Below are positions 1-9,125 of a stretch of 64,000 nt of DNA, piece after piece (position 1 is the first letter of the stretch; each line of letters opens with the position of its first letter). Location of the stretch: assembly GCA_000092065.1 (NCBI GenBank), contig CP000587.1, one strand, 5' to 3'. The translations under genes and the position numbers were made by a program. The notes under the pieces are model-generated. The model was not told where the DNA came from, made no database searches, and saw only the letters and a program-made list of their open reading frames with translations. The stretch comes from Ostreococcus lucimarinus. Taxonomy: Eukaryota.

Positions 1-1226
1 GCGACGACTTGCGTCTTGCTCTTGATGCCATCCAGTGGCCCGGGATCGGGGAACACGATTGCCGCCGAACTAGGTTGCTCACGCGCGGCGCGCGCTGAGC
101 TCATCCTCGATGATCCTCCGGCCAGTGCCGATGACGTGTCGACGCCTCGAATGGCGGTGACTAACCCGGCGGTGTTTTCTAACCTGTTCGCCTCGCTCGC
201 CGCGCGACGACGACCGTTCGATTCGTTCTGCCCAGAGTCGACGATAACTCCACTTTCGTTCGAAGTCGCCACGATTTGGTCCACCATGTCCTTTTTCATT
301 CGTGGGAGCACCAAATTGGGGCGCTGCGCCCGAAACCCATCGAAGCCGCCGTCAAACGTCGAGAGCTGCTGCTTATCGAATTGAATAATGTGCGTAGAAA
401 TCTTTCGCAAAAACTCGTAGTCGTGCGACACGCACATCACAGTCGTCCCTTCCAACGCGACTAAGTAATTTGCCAGCCATTCCACGGCGCTGACGTCCAA
501 GTGATTCGTCGGCTCGTCGAGGAGCAACAAATCCGCTCGCTGCAACATCGCTCTCGCGATGGACAATCGCATCCTCCAACCGCCAGACAGTTCAGCCACG
601 CTCTTTTTCATCATATCGTCGTCAAATCCGACCGACCGCAGGCTCGAGTCGATCGCGCTCGCGTCCGCCCCCCCGAACTCGTTCGCCTCATCCGCCATGA
701 ACTTGACCACCGACGCGCTCAGCGTCACCAGCACCTCGTGTCGAACGAACACGCACTTGATCCCGGTCGGAAACCCCGCGATATCGCCCGCCGCGATTCG
801 CGTCAACAGCGTCGTCTTTCCCGCGCCGTTATGCCCGACGACGCCGTATCGCGCCCCTCGCGTCAACGACAAGTTCGTCGGCCGCAGCAGCACCTTGGCC
901 GCGTACGCCAGGATGATCCCTCTCAGGTCCAAAATCAACCCCTCCGACGTCCCGACGTCCTCCCTCGTCGACGTCGCGTTCGCCATCGTCGCCGCCGTCC
1001 CGTCGTCTCGCGCGCACATCGCTCGAACGTCGCCGTCGTCCATGTTTTCCTCCAGCACCGGCTGCACGAGCTCCATCAGCGCCTCCGTCGTCACCGCGCG
1101 TCCCTCGTCCGCCGCCTCGAGCGTCGCCTCTCGCAGCGCGCTCGCGACGTACTCGCGCACCTCCTCGTCCACGCCCGCGCGTCGCATGACGCCGTCGCAC
1201 CGCGCGAGCCAGGCGTCGTCGTCCAT
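1..1226 (-). CDS. ABC-F family ATPase (partial). The N-terminal ABC domain is complete; the C-terminal ABC2 domain runs off the left edge of the window.
   Basis: Manual minus-strand translation gives MDDDAWLARCDGV...LRPTNLSLTRGARYGVVGHNGAGKTTLL (Walker A)...GFDDDMMKKSVAELSGGWRMRLSIARAMLQRADLLLLDEPTNHLD (ABC signature and Walker B)...FPDPGPLDGIKSKTQVV (start of second ABC domain) at the window edge. ATG is at 1224-1226. The gene is absent from the ORF track because its stop lies outside the window. Confidence 0.85.
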   Translation of the reverse strand, partial: MDDDAWLARCDGVMRRAGVDEEVREYVASALREATLEAADEGRAVTTEALMELVQPVLEENMDDGDVRAMCARDDGTAATMANATSTREDVGTSEGLILDLRGIILAYAAKVLLRPTNLSLTRGARYGVVGHNGAGKTTLLTRIAAGDIAGFPTGIKCVFVRHEVLVTLSASVVKFMADEANEFGGADASAIDSSLRSVGFDDDMMKKSVAELSGGWRMRLSIARAMLQRADLLLLDEPTNHLDVSAVEWLANYLVALEGTTVMCVSHDYEFLRKISTHIIQFDKQQLSTFDGGFDGFRAQRPNLVLPRMKKDMVDQIVATSNESGVIVDSGQNESNGRRRAASEANRLENTAGLVTAIRGVDTSSALAGGSSRMSSARAAREQPSSAAIVFPDPGPLDGIKSKTQVV

Positions 1227-1261
1227 CGCGTCGACGCGTGACGCGATGACGCGACGACGCG

Positions 1262-2884
1262 ATGGACGACATTCGTCGACGCCGCGCGATGGCGTCGCGC
1301 GCGACGGCGCGCGCGGCGGCGTCGCACGACGCGCGCGCGGCGACGCGGCGCGCGCGCGTCGGCGGTGCGGCGCGCGAATCGGCGGCGCGGCGGCGCGCTT
1401 CGGGACGCGCGACGTCCGACGTCGACGGCGCTTCGGGACGCGCGACGTCCGACGTCGACGGCGCTTCGGGACGCGCGACGTCCGCGGACGCGTTCGATCT
1501 CGGACAGGCGATCGGGACGCTGGCGAGGGGCGAGCGAGGGGCGACGCTGCCGCCGGGACGCGTGGGCGCGCTCGGCGTGCGCGAGACGCTGGAGTACCTC
1601 GCGGACTCGAACGGCTTCGTGCGACGGCGCGTCGAGCGGTACGGACCGATTTTTAAGACGGCTTTGTTTTTCAAGCCGGCGATCGTGTTCGGAAGCCGAG
1701 AGGCGGTTCGAGAGTTTTTGAAATTTGAAGGCGAGCTCCCCGCGGACGAGGCGCTGCCGGAGACGTTTCGCGAATTGCACACCGAGTACGGGGCGCTGCG
1801 CATGACGGGGAGCAGACACGCGGCGACGCGCGCGAATTTCGGCAAGGTGCTGGGACGCGCGGCGCTGGAGAGTTACGCGCCGGCGATCGGGGAAAGGACG
1901 AGGGAGTTTGTGGAAGACGTAGCGCGGCGATCTGGGAAGGAGACGTCGTCGTTCAGGCCGGGCGCGGAGTGCGTGGATTTCGCGCTCGATTTGTTGTTTG
2001 AGCTCTTCCTCGGTCACGTGCCCGAGGCAAAGTACAAAGACGCGATGAAAGCGTACAACGGAGGATTACTTTCGCTCGGAAAATGGTCGTCGGAGTTTAA
2101 GGCTGGAAAACTGGCGCTGGAGGATTTGACGTCGTACGTCGAGGCGCATTACAGAGGCGTCAAAGCGCGCGGCGAACTCGATCGCCCAGAGTACTTCTTT
2201 TACAAGCAATACTCGCAAGCCGTGGACGAGTTCGACGAAGTGTTCAGCGACGATCGCATCGCGACGACGTGCGTGTTAATGGTCTGGGGTTCGTACATCG
2301 AAGCCGCCGCTCTCATGGGACACGCATGCGTTTTGCTGGGCGAGCACGACGACGCGCGGCGAGCCGTTTTGCGCGAGTTCGAGCGGGTGTGCTGCGACGA
2401 TGAAAACGGTTGTCGTCGCATCGGTACTTTGGCGGACATCATGTCCATGCAGTACACGTCCGCGGTGGCGAAGGAGTCGCTTAGAGTCATGCCGCAGACG
2501 GCGGGCGGCTTGAGAGTGAACCCGTCGCCTCGCAAATTCGCCTCGTTCGACGTACCCGCCGGTTACGTTTTGACCGCAGACCCACGCATTCCATTTCGCG
2601 ACGAAGCCAACTTCCCCGACCCGGACGCGTTCAAGCCTGAACGTTTCGTTCCAGGGACGCACGAAGCGAAGCAAAACGACGTCTCTTCGGAAACGTATTA
2701 TCCGGGCGGCATGGGCCAGCACCAGTGTCCTGGGATCTCTCTCGCGACGGTCATGACGCAAATATTTCTCGCCGAACTCGTGTCCGCTTTCCCAAACGGG
2801 TGGCGAGGAAAGACGGCGCCGAAATACGTTCAGGTTCCCATAGTCATCCTCGACAGAGAGTATGAAATCGAGTTTCTTCGCTGA
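1262..2884 (+). CDS. Cytochrome P450 monooxygenase with Arg/Ala/Ser/Thr-rich N-terminal presequence (possible organellar transit peptide)
   Basis: PERF motif (FPDPDAFKPERF) and heme-binding loop YYPGGMGQHQCPGISLA (FxxGxxxCxG). Pro-rich hinge LPPGRVG, then RYGPIFKTALFFKPAIVF. ATG verified at 1262; alternative ATG at 1289. Confidence 0.9.
   Translation: MDDIRRRRAMASRATARAAASHDARAATRRARVGGAARESAARRRASGRATSDVDGASGRATSDVDGASGRATSADAFDLGQAIGTLARGERGATLPPGRVGALGVRETLEYLADSNGFVRRRVERYGPIFKTALFFKPAIVFGSREAVREFLKFEGELPADEALPETFRELHTEYGALRMTGSRHAATRANFGKVLGRAALESYAPAIGERTREFVEDVARRSGKETSSFRPGAECVDFALDLLFELFLGHVPEAKYKDAMKAYNGGLLSLGKWSSEFKAGKLALEDLTSYVEAHYRGVKARGELDRPEYFFYKQYSQAVDEFDEVFSDDRIATTCVLMVWGSYIEAAALMGHACVLLGEHDDARRAVLREFERVCCDDENGCRRIGTLADIMSMQYTSAVAKESLRVMPQTAGGLRVNPSPRKFASFDVPAGYVLTADPRIPFRDEANFPDPDAFKPERFVPGTHEAKQNDVSSETYYPGGMGQHQCPGISLATVMTQIFLAELVSAFPNGWRGKTAPKYVQVPIVILDREYEIEFLR
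1395..1487 (+). repeat. In-frame 33-bp tandem repeat (about 2.8 copies) encoding GASGRATSDVD inside the P450 presequence
   Basis: gcgcttcgggacgcgcgacgtccgacgtcgacg is repeated head-to-tail starting near 1395, 1428 and 1461. Confidence 0.8.
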
Positions 2885-2939
2885 GACTCGAAACACATTC
2901 ATTTTACATTCAATTCAATTCATTCTAGATACCCGTTTG

Positions 2940-3719
2940 CTACTCTAACTCTACGTCGTCATCTTCATCGTCGCGAAACGTCCCACAGACGAAGTCGGGA
3001 GGCGGCGCGGTTTCCCGCAGAATCGAATTCTGCCCCGTTTTCGCGCCGTCGCGCACCAACTCGAAATAATGACAATCCCGTCCCTGTCCCACTCTGTACG
3101 GCGGCGTTTGCACCTCGAGCACCGCGCACGCCGACAGCGCCGACAGCGTGTGCACGTTCGCCCTCCTCGGATACAAAATTCTCGTCGCCCCTCGCGCGCC
3201 GTTCGCCGCCGACATCACCTCGTCGACGCAATCGCGCGCTTCGTGTTCCCCCCCCCGCGCGGCGTGCGCGTCGCGCGTCGACAACCTCGGCGCGTCGTCG
3301 ATCAAATCGTACGCCTTCACGCGCGTCTCCCCGAACAGGCACCGCATGAGCACCGTCATTCCCGGATGGTTGTGCAGCGGTATCGTCTGTCCGCGCTCGA
3401 AGACGAACGCGCCGACGGTGAAGTCCTCCTCCGCGTGCAACCGCAGGTACGTCACCGTCGCCTGCGGCGTCGACGTCGCCCGCGGCGTCGACGTCGTCGA
3501 CGCCTCGCCGTCGCGCTCGCGCGCGTCCCGCGCGTCCCGCGCCTCGGCGCGCCGCGAGAACGCGCGCAGCGCGCGCAATCCCACGTCATCCATCGACACC
3601 GCGCACACCGCGCGCGCGATCTCCTCGACCGCGCGCGGCGACGCCTCGAGTCGCTTCGCCGCGCCCGCGCGCCGCAGGTGTCGCGCGCACGTCGCGACGA
3701 GCGCGTCGAGCGTCGTCAT
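2940..3719 (-). CDS. Cupin-type thiol dioxygenase, plant cysteine oxidase / 2-aminoethanethiol dioxygenase (PCO/ADO, DUF1637) family
   Basis: IPLHNHPGMTVLMRCLFG motif characteristic of the PCO/ADO family; ATG verified at 3717-3719. Lies tail-to-tail with the P450 (55 bp between stops). Confidence 0.7.
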   Translation of the reverse strand: MTTLDALVATCARHLRRAGAAKRLEASPRAVEEIARAVCAVSMDDVGLRALRAFSRRAEARDARDARERDGEASTTSTPRATSTPQATVTYLRLHAEEDFTVGAFVFERGQTIPLHNHPGMTVLMRCLFGETRVKAYDLIDDAPRLSTRDAHAARGGEHEARDCVDEVMSAANGARGATRILYPRRANVHTLSALSACAVLEVQTPPYRVGQGRDCHYFELVRDGAKTGQNSILRETAPPPDFVCGTFRDDEDDDVELE

Positions 3720-3775
3720 CGCGCGCGGCGCACTGCGGCGGCGGCGGCGGCACTCACCGACGCGACGACGCGACG

Positions 3776-4492
3776 ATGCGCCCGCAGCGCGGCGGACGCG
3801 GCGGACGCGGCGCGCGCGGCGCGCGCGGCGGACGCGGCGGACGCGGACGCGGCGACGCGCGCGCGCCGTCGTCGAACGGGGGCATCTGGAGGAGCAAAGT
3901 CACGTGCTTCGGGTGTCGAGGCGTCGGACACACGCTGCGGGACTGCCGCGTGGCCAAGGGCGGGAGCGCGACGATGCGGCGAGGGGAGAAATCGTGCTAT
4001 AACTGCGGCGCGAGCGATCACGCGGCGCGAGACTGCGCGGCGGCGTGGACGAATTACGCGCACGCGAAGTGCTTCGTGTGCGGCGAGACGGGACACCTGA
4101 GCAAGAGCTGCCCGAGGAACGAGCGCGGGGTGTACGTGAACGGAGGTGAGTGTAAGATATGCAAGGCGAAGGATCACTTGGTGAAGGATTGCCCGCACAA
4201 GGGAGACACGTGCATTCGGTGCGGGGAGCGGGGACACTTCGCGGCGGGATGCTCGAAACCGTTCGCGGGGGCGAAGACGACGAAGGCGAAGACGGGGGAG
4301 AAACGACGGTTGGGGGGGGATGATTTAGACGATGATTTCGTCGCCGGTGGTCGTGACGACGGCGATGGTGTCGACGGCGACGCGAGCGAGGATGCGGGCG
4401 TCGAGGCCGAGGAGGTAGAGGCGGAATCGAAGAAGAATCCTTCAAAAAAGTCGAAAAAGGACAAGAAGAATCGAGAGGTTGTCTTTTCCTGA
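3776..4492 (+). CDS. CCHC zinc-knuckle protein (five CX2CX4HX4C knuckles) with N-terminal RGG/GAR repeats; CNBP/Air1-Air2-like
   Basis: CFGCRGVGHTLRDC, CYNCGASDHAARDC, CFVCGETGHLSKSC, CKICKAKDHLVKDC and CIRCGERGHFAAGC. N-terminal GGRGGRGARGARGGRGGRGRG. Acidic/basic C-terminal tail. Confidence 0.85.
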   Translation: MRPQRGGRGGRGARGARGGRGGRGRGDARAPSSNGGIWRSKVTCFGCRGVGHTLRDCRVAKGGSATMRRGEKSCYNCGASDHAARDCAAAWTNYAHAKCFVCGETGHLSKSCPRNERGVYVNGGECKICKAKDHLVKDCPHKGDTCIRCGERGHFAAGCSKPFAGAKTTKAKTGEKRRLGGDDLDDDFVAGGRDDGDGVDGDASEDAGVEAEEVEAESKKNPSKKSKKDKKNREVVFS

Positions 4493-5095
4493 TGACTGGT
4501 ACTACAATCGCTACTTTCGAGGGCTTTAGGTCGTTCGGCGAGATCGCGCGAGCGAGCTGTCCCTCCTTCGCGTGGGGTGTAGTACTGCGGCTGGGTCAAC
4601 CCTGGGTTAACCTGCCGCAGGCGAGCGATAGTTTGTACGCTATCGCCGCCTTGTTTCGGGTGTCTTCTGGCGTCGGCCTCTGCGCGAGGGTCAGTCTGCG
4701 CGGCCCGTCTCGGAGATGACGATCGCGCGAGTCGTCGCGCGAACGCGCGCGCGCGCGTCCATCGCCGCGCACATCGATTCAAAAGAATTCGTACCCGCTT
4801 TCTTTCCTTCGTTTTCGTGTCTTGCTAGTCGCGCGCGCGACGCCCGAGGCGCCGCCCGAGGCGGGATCCGGCGCCGAGAAACGCCGTTTCAACGCGCCCC
4901 GTCTCGCGCGTCCGCGCGTCGCGCGCGCCGCGGCGCGGCGCTCGAACGACGCGCGGTTCGATGTTCGACCTTTTTTCTTCTTTCGCGACGCTTCCGCGAC
5001 GACCGCGCCGAGTCGCGCGCGCGTCGCAGAGTGCCGAGGTGCCCTCGCGCGCGTCCGAGGCGCGCGTCACGAGGTCGAGACGCCGAGACGAAACG

Positions 5096-5512
5096 TCACA
5101 TGGAGGCATGACGAAGAAGACGCACGTGAAAAAGTTTCTGCGACGCCAACGACGCGTGGCGGAGAACGCGCGCGTCGCGGGGGACCGAAATTTCGCGCGG
5201 CTCGCGCAAATCGCGCTCGCGCCCGGTCAAGACGCGCACGCACGCCAGGGCGTGCGAGACGCCGGACTCGTAGTTGACTTCACGGCAGAGAGGACACTGG
5301 TGCGACACTCGCATCCACGGAAGGAGACAATCGGCGTGAAAAGTGTGAGAGCAAGGAAGCTGCGCGAGTTCGCCGACGGCGAGCGAATCGCGACAGACGC
5401 CGCATTCGCGGTCGTCTGCGAGCGGGCGCACGGCGAGCAACGCTCGCGCTTCCTGATGACTGGTTCGCGCGCGCGCGCGCGTTGTAGTGATATCTATCGC
5501 GATGAATTTCAT
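5096..5512 (-). CDS. Small RING-H2 finger protein (putative E3 ubiquitin ligase)
   Basis: CGVCRDSLAVGELAQLPCSHTFHADCLLPWMRVSHQCPLCR matches the C3H2C3 RING-H2 pattern; ATG verified at 5510-5512. Upstream exons cannot be excluded. Confidence 0.55.
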   Translation of the reverse strand: MKFIAIDITTTRARARTSHQEARALLAVRPLADDRECGVCRDSLAVGELAQLPCSHTFHADCLLPWMRVSHQCPLCREVNYESGVSHALACVRVLTGRERDLREPREISVPRDARVLRHASLASQKLFHVRLLRHASM

Positions 5513-5734
5513 TCGTTCCGTCTCTCGTTCGCTTATTAAACTCGCATTAATGTGTGCTCGTGCGAATGGATGGTTTTGGGAGAGGGCGGCGTCGCGTCCG
5601 TCGCGACGCCGTCGTCTCGCGCCGGAAGTTGTTTGTACAGGATGGAAGGCGCGAATCGTGAAAAATATTGCGTCGTCGAAACGGACGCAGGAAAAGCCAA
5701 CTTGCCGCGGTAATCTCGCGGGATCGCGGCTCGT

Positions 5735-6985
5735 TTACTTCTTCCCGGCGCCGGAGAGGATGCGATCGAAAGACTTGGCGAAGCCGTCGAGCGCGGTGGG
5801 CTTGTAGCCGACGAGCTCGGTGGAAATATCAAACACTTCGTTCGCCTTGGCCATGTCTCTGCCTTCCTTCGACGGCTTGTTGTTGAACGCAATCGTGCGC
5901 GTGTCGTCGTTGTTGTTGTTGTAGTTGTCCCAAAGCTGGTCGCCACCACCCTTCCAGGCCCAGTACGCGCCTTGCTCGCTGTATCGCGGATCGTACACGA
6001 TGGAGGCGAGGCGTTCGCCGGCTTCTTCCTCGCTGACGTAACCCTTGGTGACGTTCTTTTGAAGAATCGGGAAGAACCAGCGGAAGAACGCGGTGTGGTT
6101 GCGGAACAAGTTGGAATCCGCGATGCATCCCGGGTACATCGTGCTGAACTTGATCCCCGTGGATTCGCCGAAACGCTCGGCGAACGCCTTGATGTCGAGC
6201 ATGTTGCACAGCTTGGAATCCTTGTACGCCTTGGCGCCGATGAAGCGAGTGCCGTCGATCAACGCGCCTTGGTTACGGTCGCTATTCTTGAAGCCGTTTC
6301 TCAAGCCCGACATGTCGCCGAGACCCGCGCGCGGCGGCACTTGACCGGCGAGCGTGTTCGTGTTGCCCGTCACCGACCCGACGATGATCAAACGCTTCAT
6401 GTTCGCGTCCGGCGCTTCCGCGAGATCGTCGAGCAAGAGCAAAGACAACAAGTGGTGACCGAGATGATTCACCCCCACGCACTCCTCGAACCCATCCTTG
6501 GTGTACGACGGCACCGTGGCGTTCGGGAGATACAGCGCCGCGTTGCACACCAGCGCTTGAAAGTTCTTCACGTACTTGGATCGTCGGAACTCGGTCGCGA
6601 AATCGCGCACCGACTGCAAGTCACCGAGTTCGAGGTACATGATCGCGTACGACGACTCGTCCAGCCCCAGCTCGTTCGCCTTGACCTGCATCTTCTCCGG
6701 CGAGCGCACCGCGTTGACGACGAAGTATCCATTCTTGATCAGCGCCTTCGCCGTGTACAGCCCGAGTCCCGAGGACGAGCCCGTGACGATGGCGACCGGT
6801 TTGTTTTCCGCGTTCGCCGGCATCACGTTTTGTTGCGACGACGCCGCGCGCGCGACGACGGCGCGCCCACCGCGGCGCGTCGGCGTCGCCGCGCGTCTTC
6901 CGGAAGATCCCTTCCTCGCGGTCGTCATCCGTCCCGCCGCGTTCGGCGTCGACGACGCGCGGAGCGAAGACGCGCGCGCGTGCAT
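5735..6985 (-). CDS. POR: Light-dependent NADPH:protochlorophyllide oxidoreductase (LPOR), chloroplast precursor
   Basis: SDR Rossmann motif VAIVTGSSSGLGLYTAKAL; YKDSKLCNML catalytic YxxxK region; LPOR-typical STMYPGCIADSNLFRNHTAFFRWFFPILQKNVTKGYVSEEEAGERLA. The likely start is ATG 6983-6985 (MHARASSLRASS..., a transit-peptide-like sequence). The ORF track extends to 7108 in frame, without a verified ATG there. Confidence 0.9.
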   Translation of the reverse strand: MHARASSLRASSTPNAAGRMTTARKGSSGRRAATPTRRGGRAVVARAASSQQNVMPANAENKPVAIVTGSSSGLGLYTAKALIKNGYFVVNAVRSPEKMQVKANELGLDESSYAIMYLELGDLQSVRDFATEFRRSKYVKNFQALVCNAALYLPNATVPSYTKDGFEECVGVNHLGHHLLSLLLLDDLAEAPDANMKRLIIVGSVTGNTNTLAGQVPPRAGLGDMSGLRNGFKNSDRNQGALIDGTRFIGAKAYKDSKLCNMLDIKAFAERFGESTGIKFSTMYPGCIADSNLFRNHTAFFRWFFPILQKNVTKGYVSEEEAGERLASIVYDPRYSEQGAYWAWKGGGDQLWDNYNNNNDDTRTIAFNNKPSKEGRDMAKANEVFDISTELVGYKPTALDGFAKSFDRILSGAGKK

Positions 6986-7381
6986 GACTGGTTGGCTGGT
7001 TGGTGCGCGAGGCGTCGCGAGGTCGCGACCGAGTCGACGTGTGCGGCGCGCGCGATTCCGGGCGCGAGGTCCCGGCGCGAGGTCGGCGTGTGGATAATAC
7101 TCACGCACCTCGATCGCGATTGCAGTTCGATTTTAGCGCGGACGCGATTCACACGCGAATTGCGAAAAGTGCAGTAATATGCACGAATTAAAGCCTAGAT
7201 CGCACGCGATGCGCGAGAATCACGCGATGCGCGATCAGAGCACCCGTAACATTAGCGCCGCGTGGAGACCTCGGCTGGGGGCGAGCGCTATCGGGCGAAT
7301 TTGCATGTATACGGGTTGGAGACAACCCGATGAATTTCAGCCGGATTCAACGCCGGCGGTGACTCCTGCAACGAATGAGTG

Positions 7382-7511
7382 TTCCCGATAGTATAATGGT
7401 TTAGTATGCCACGCTGTCAAAGGCGTCACGTCGAACGACGTGAGACGAGAAAACGTGAGAAAACGTGAACACAGCGCCGTGGAGATCGGGGTTCGATTCC
7501 CCGTCGGGAAA
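7382..7511 (+). tRNA. tRNA-Asp (anticodon GTC) with a 57-nt intron at the canonical 37/38 position (about 7420-7476)
   Basis: Acceptor TTCCCGA/TCGGGAA plus discriminator A. D-arm GTAT-AATGGTTTA-GTAT. Anticodon stem CCACG/CGTGG flanking loop CTGTCA[intron]C. T-arm CGGGG-TTCGATT-CCCCG. T-run terminator at 7521-7525. The intron contains a direct repeat gagaaaacgt x2. Confidence 0.85.
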
Positions 7512-7670
7512 AGCGATAACTTTTTGGCTTTTTGGGTCGGGAAAAGCGATAACCCCGTCGGGAAATCTTTTGCATCAAAAACAACGAGTGTTGTATGTAC
7601 ATTACAAGGCGGGATGGTGGGCTATGAGGCGCCGGTGGGCTACTAGGCGGGATGGTGGGCTATGGAGCGC
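7501..7670 (+). repeat. Repeats derived from the tRNA-Asp 3' end, plus an adjacent 2x direct repeat
   Basis: ccgtcgggaaaagcgataac (the tRNA 3' end) is repeated at about 7536-7553 and partially at 7554-7566. ggcgggatggtgggctat is repeated at about 7606-7623 and 7646-7663. Confidence 0.7.
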
Positions 7671-7842
7671 CTCCGTCACGGTGCGCGGACGCCGATCGAT
7701 CTCGCGTTTTCGGCGAGACTCGTCGGCCAAGGCAAACATCCGGAGTTCCGCCACACATCCTGTTCGTCGAATCGACGTGCACGCGGCCAAGACTTCGGCG
7801 CATCGAGCGTGCAGCTGCGGCGCGATGAGCACCTCGTACACT

Positions 7843-8886
7843 TCACGGAGCGACGACTCCCCGTTCATCGTTCCAGTCGTCTGGCAAACCGCTCGGGGGT
7901 CCTCCGACCTCGTTTTGGTGCACCCATATGCGCACGATCCATTTCTCTTCGTTCGCTTCCGTGCCCTCGTGCTCGACGCGGTCGTCGAACTCGCCGTCGG
8001 CGTTCGCCGGAAAGAACACCAAGGCGCGTCCTTTCGCCGGTCGCACGGCGAGGTCACCCAACCGCCCGAACACGGTCTGACCGCCACCGCGCACCTCATC
8101 AACGTCGTTCAAGTAGACGAGCAAGGTCACTAAAGTCTGCCCGCCGCGATTGGCGTCCTCCACCGCCGCGCCGCGATTGGCGTCGAAGTGCGGCGCCAGC
8201 TTCTGGCCTCGCTCGTACCGAATCACCGTCGGCGCCTCGTACGTCGTCCACGACGTCCCCGGAAGCAATCTCTCCGTCGCTCGTATCAACTCACGCTCAC
8301 CGACCCCAGAGCCGTCCAACGCCGTGCTCGTGCTCGTTCGCAAATCCCCGAGCTCTCGCTCCTTATCTTTCACGTACGCCAGAGACGCCGCGTACGCCGC
8401 GCCGACGGCGCCCAAGTACCCGACCACGCCCTCGCCGAGCAACCCCAGGCCGGACTGCCCGAACGCGGCCGATCCTATCAACATCGCGAGCGCTCCGATC
8501 CAAACCGCGGGTCCACTGGACACCGTGGACGTCCACGCCTCGACGTCGTTCGTCCACCCGGCGTACACCACCGGGCTCTGCGTCATGTCCCCTTTCGCCT
8601 TCGCCCGAGCGATTATGTCCGCGCACGCGTCGGCGCTCAGAAAGTCATCGACGACGAAGACGTCGGGGGAGGCGTGCAGCTGCCGCAAACCGTCCGCGTA
8701 GCGGTCGATGGGGACGTGCTTGTCTAAAACCGCCGCCGAGCGCGCGGTGGGGACCGCCGCGCCGAAACCGGCGCGCGGCGGCGCGCCGCGGCGCGTTCGC
8801 GCGGGCACGCGCGACGACGTCGACGCCGGCGTCGACGCTCGCCGCTCGCAGAGCGACGCGGCGAGACGAGGCGCGGATGTCGTCAT
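7843..8886 (-). CDS. Prolyl 4-hydroxylase-like 2OG-Fe(II) oxygenase with N-terminal presequence and an internal hydrophobic segment
   Basis: PHFDANRG...QTLVTLLVYLNDVDEVRGGGQTVF...ALVFFP matches the P4H alpha-type HxD...H...R core. A hydrophobic stretch PAVWIGALAMLIGSAAFGQSGLGLLGEGVVGYLGAVGAAYAASLAYV is inserted. ATG verified at 8884-8886. Confidence 0.75.
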   Translation of the reverse strand: MTTSAPRLAASLCERRASTPASTSSRVPARTRRGAPPRAGFGAAVPTARSAAVLDKHVPIDRYADGLRQLHASPDVFVVDDFLSADACADIIARAKAKGDMTQSPVVYAGWTNDVEAWTSTVSSGPAVWIGALAMLIGSAAFGQSGLGLLGEGVVGYLGAVGAAYAASLAYVKDKERELGDLRTSTSTALDGSGVGERELIRATERLLPGTSWTTYEAPTVIRYERGQKLAPHFDANRGAAVEDANRGGQTLVTLLVYLNDVDEVRGGGQTVFGRLGDLAVRPAKGRALVFFPANADGEFDDRVEHEGTEANEEKWIVRIWVHQNEVGGPPSGLPDDWNDERGVVAP

Positions 8887-9125
8887 GACGCGGTGTGACG
8901 CGAGGCGAGGCGAGACGAGACGTTCGTGTTTTGCTTTTCCAGTGACATAACAAGAGACATTTCCTAGCGAAACGAATCGAGTTCAACGTACACACCGCGC
9001 CGCGATAGACTATTTAATTATCAGATTAACCGAGCGACGCTGGACGAGCGCGGGCTCGTTCGAACCCGCGCTCGCGTCGTCGCTCCACCCCCCAAAGAAT
9101 CTGCGTCCCTCGTCGGCGTCTCGGC

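Noticed and set aside
1-1226. Calling the ABC-F gene GCN20 because GCN1 is in the same window
   Set aside because: The N-terminal region before the first ABC domain is only about 120 aa and the gene is truncated by the window edge. Subfamily assignment (GCN20/ABCF3 vs ABCF1/2 or eEF3-like) is not possible from motifs alone.
2885-2939. Searching 3' spacers for a TGTAA/AATAAA polyadenylation signal
   Set aside because: TGTAA-like pentamers occur sporadically (for example near 17669 and 46677) but not consistently across convergent spacers. No claim is made.
4716-5277. Overlapping ORFs 4716-5111, 4822-5277 and 4825-5109 between the zinc-knuckle and RING genes
   Set aside because: All are Arg/Ala-rich low-complexity translations of a GC-rich intergenic stretch, with no domain signal and mutual overlap on both strands.
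7465-8888. Plus-strand ORFs 7465-8133 and 7662-8888
   Set aside because: They run through the tRNA-Asp downstream repeats and antisense to the P4H gene, and are Arg/Ser/Pro-rich with no motifs.
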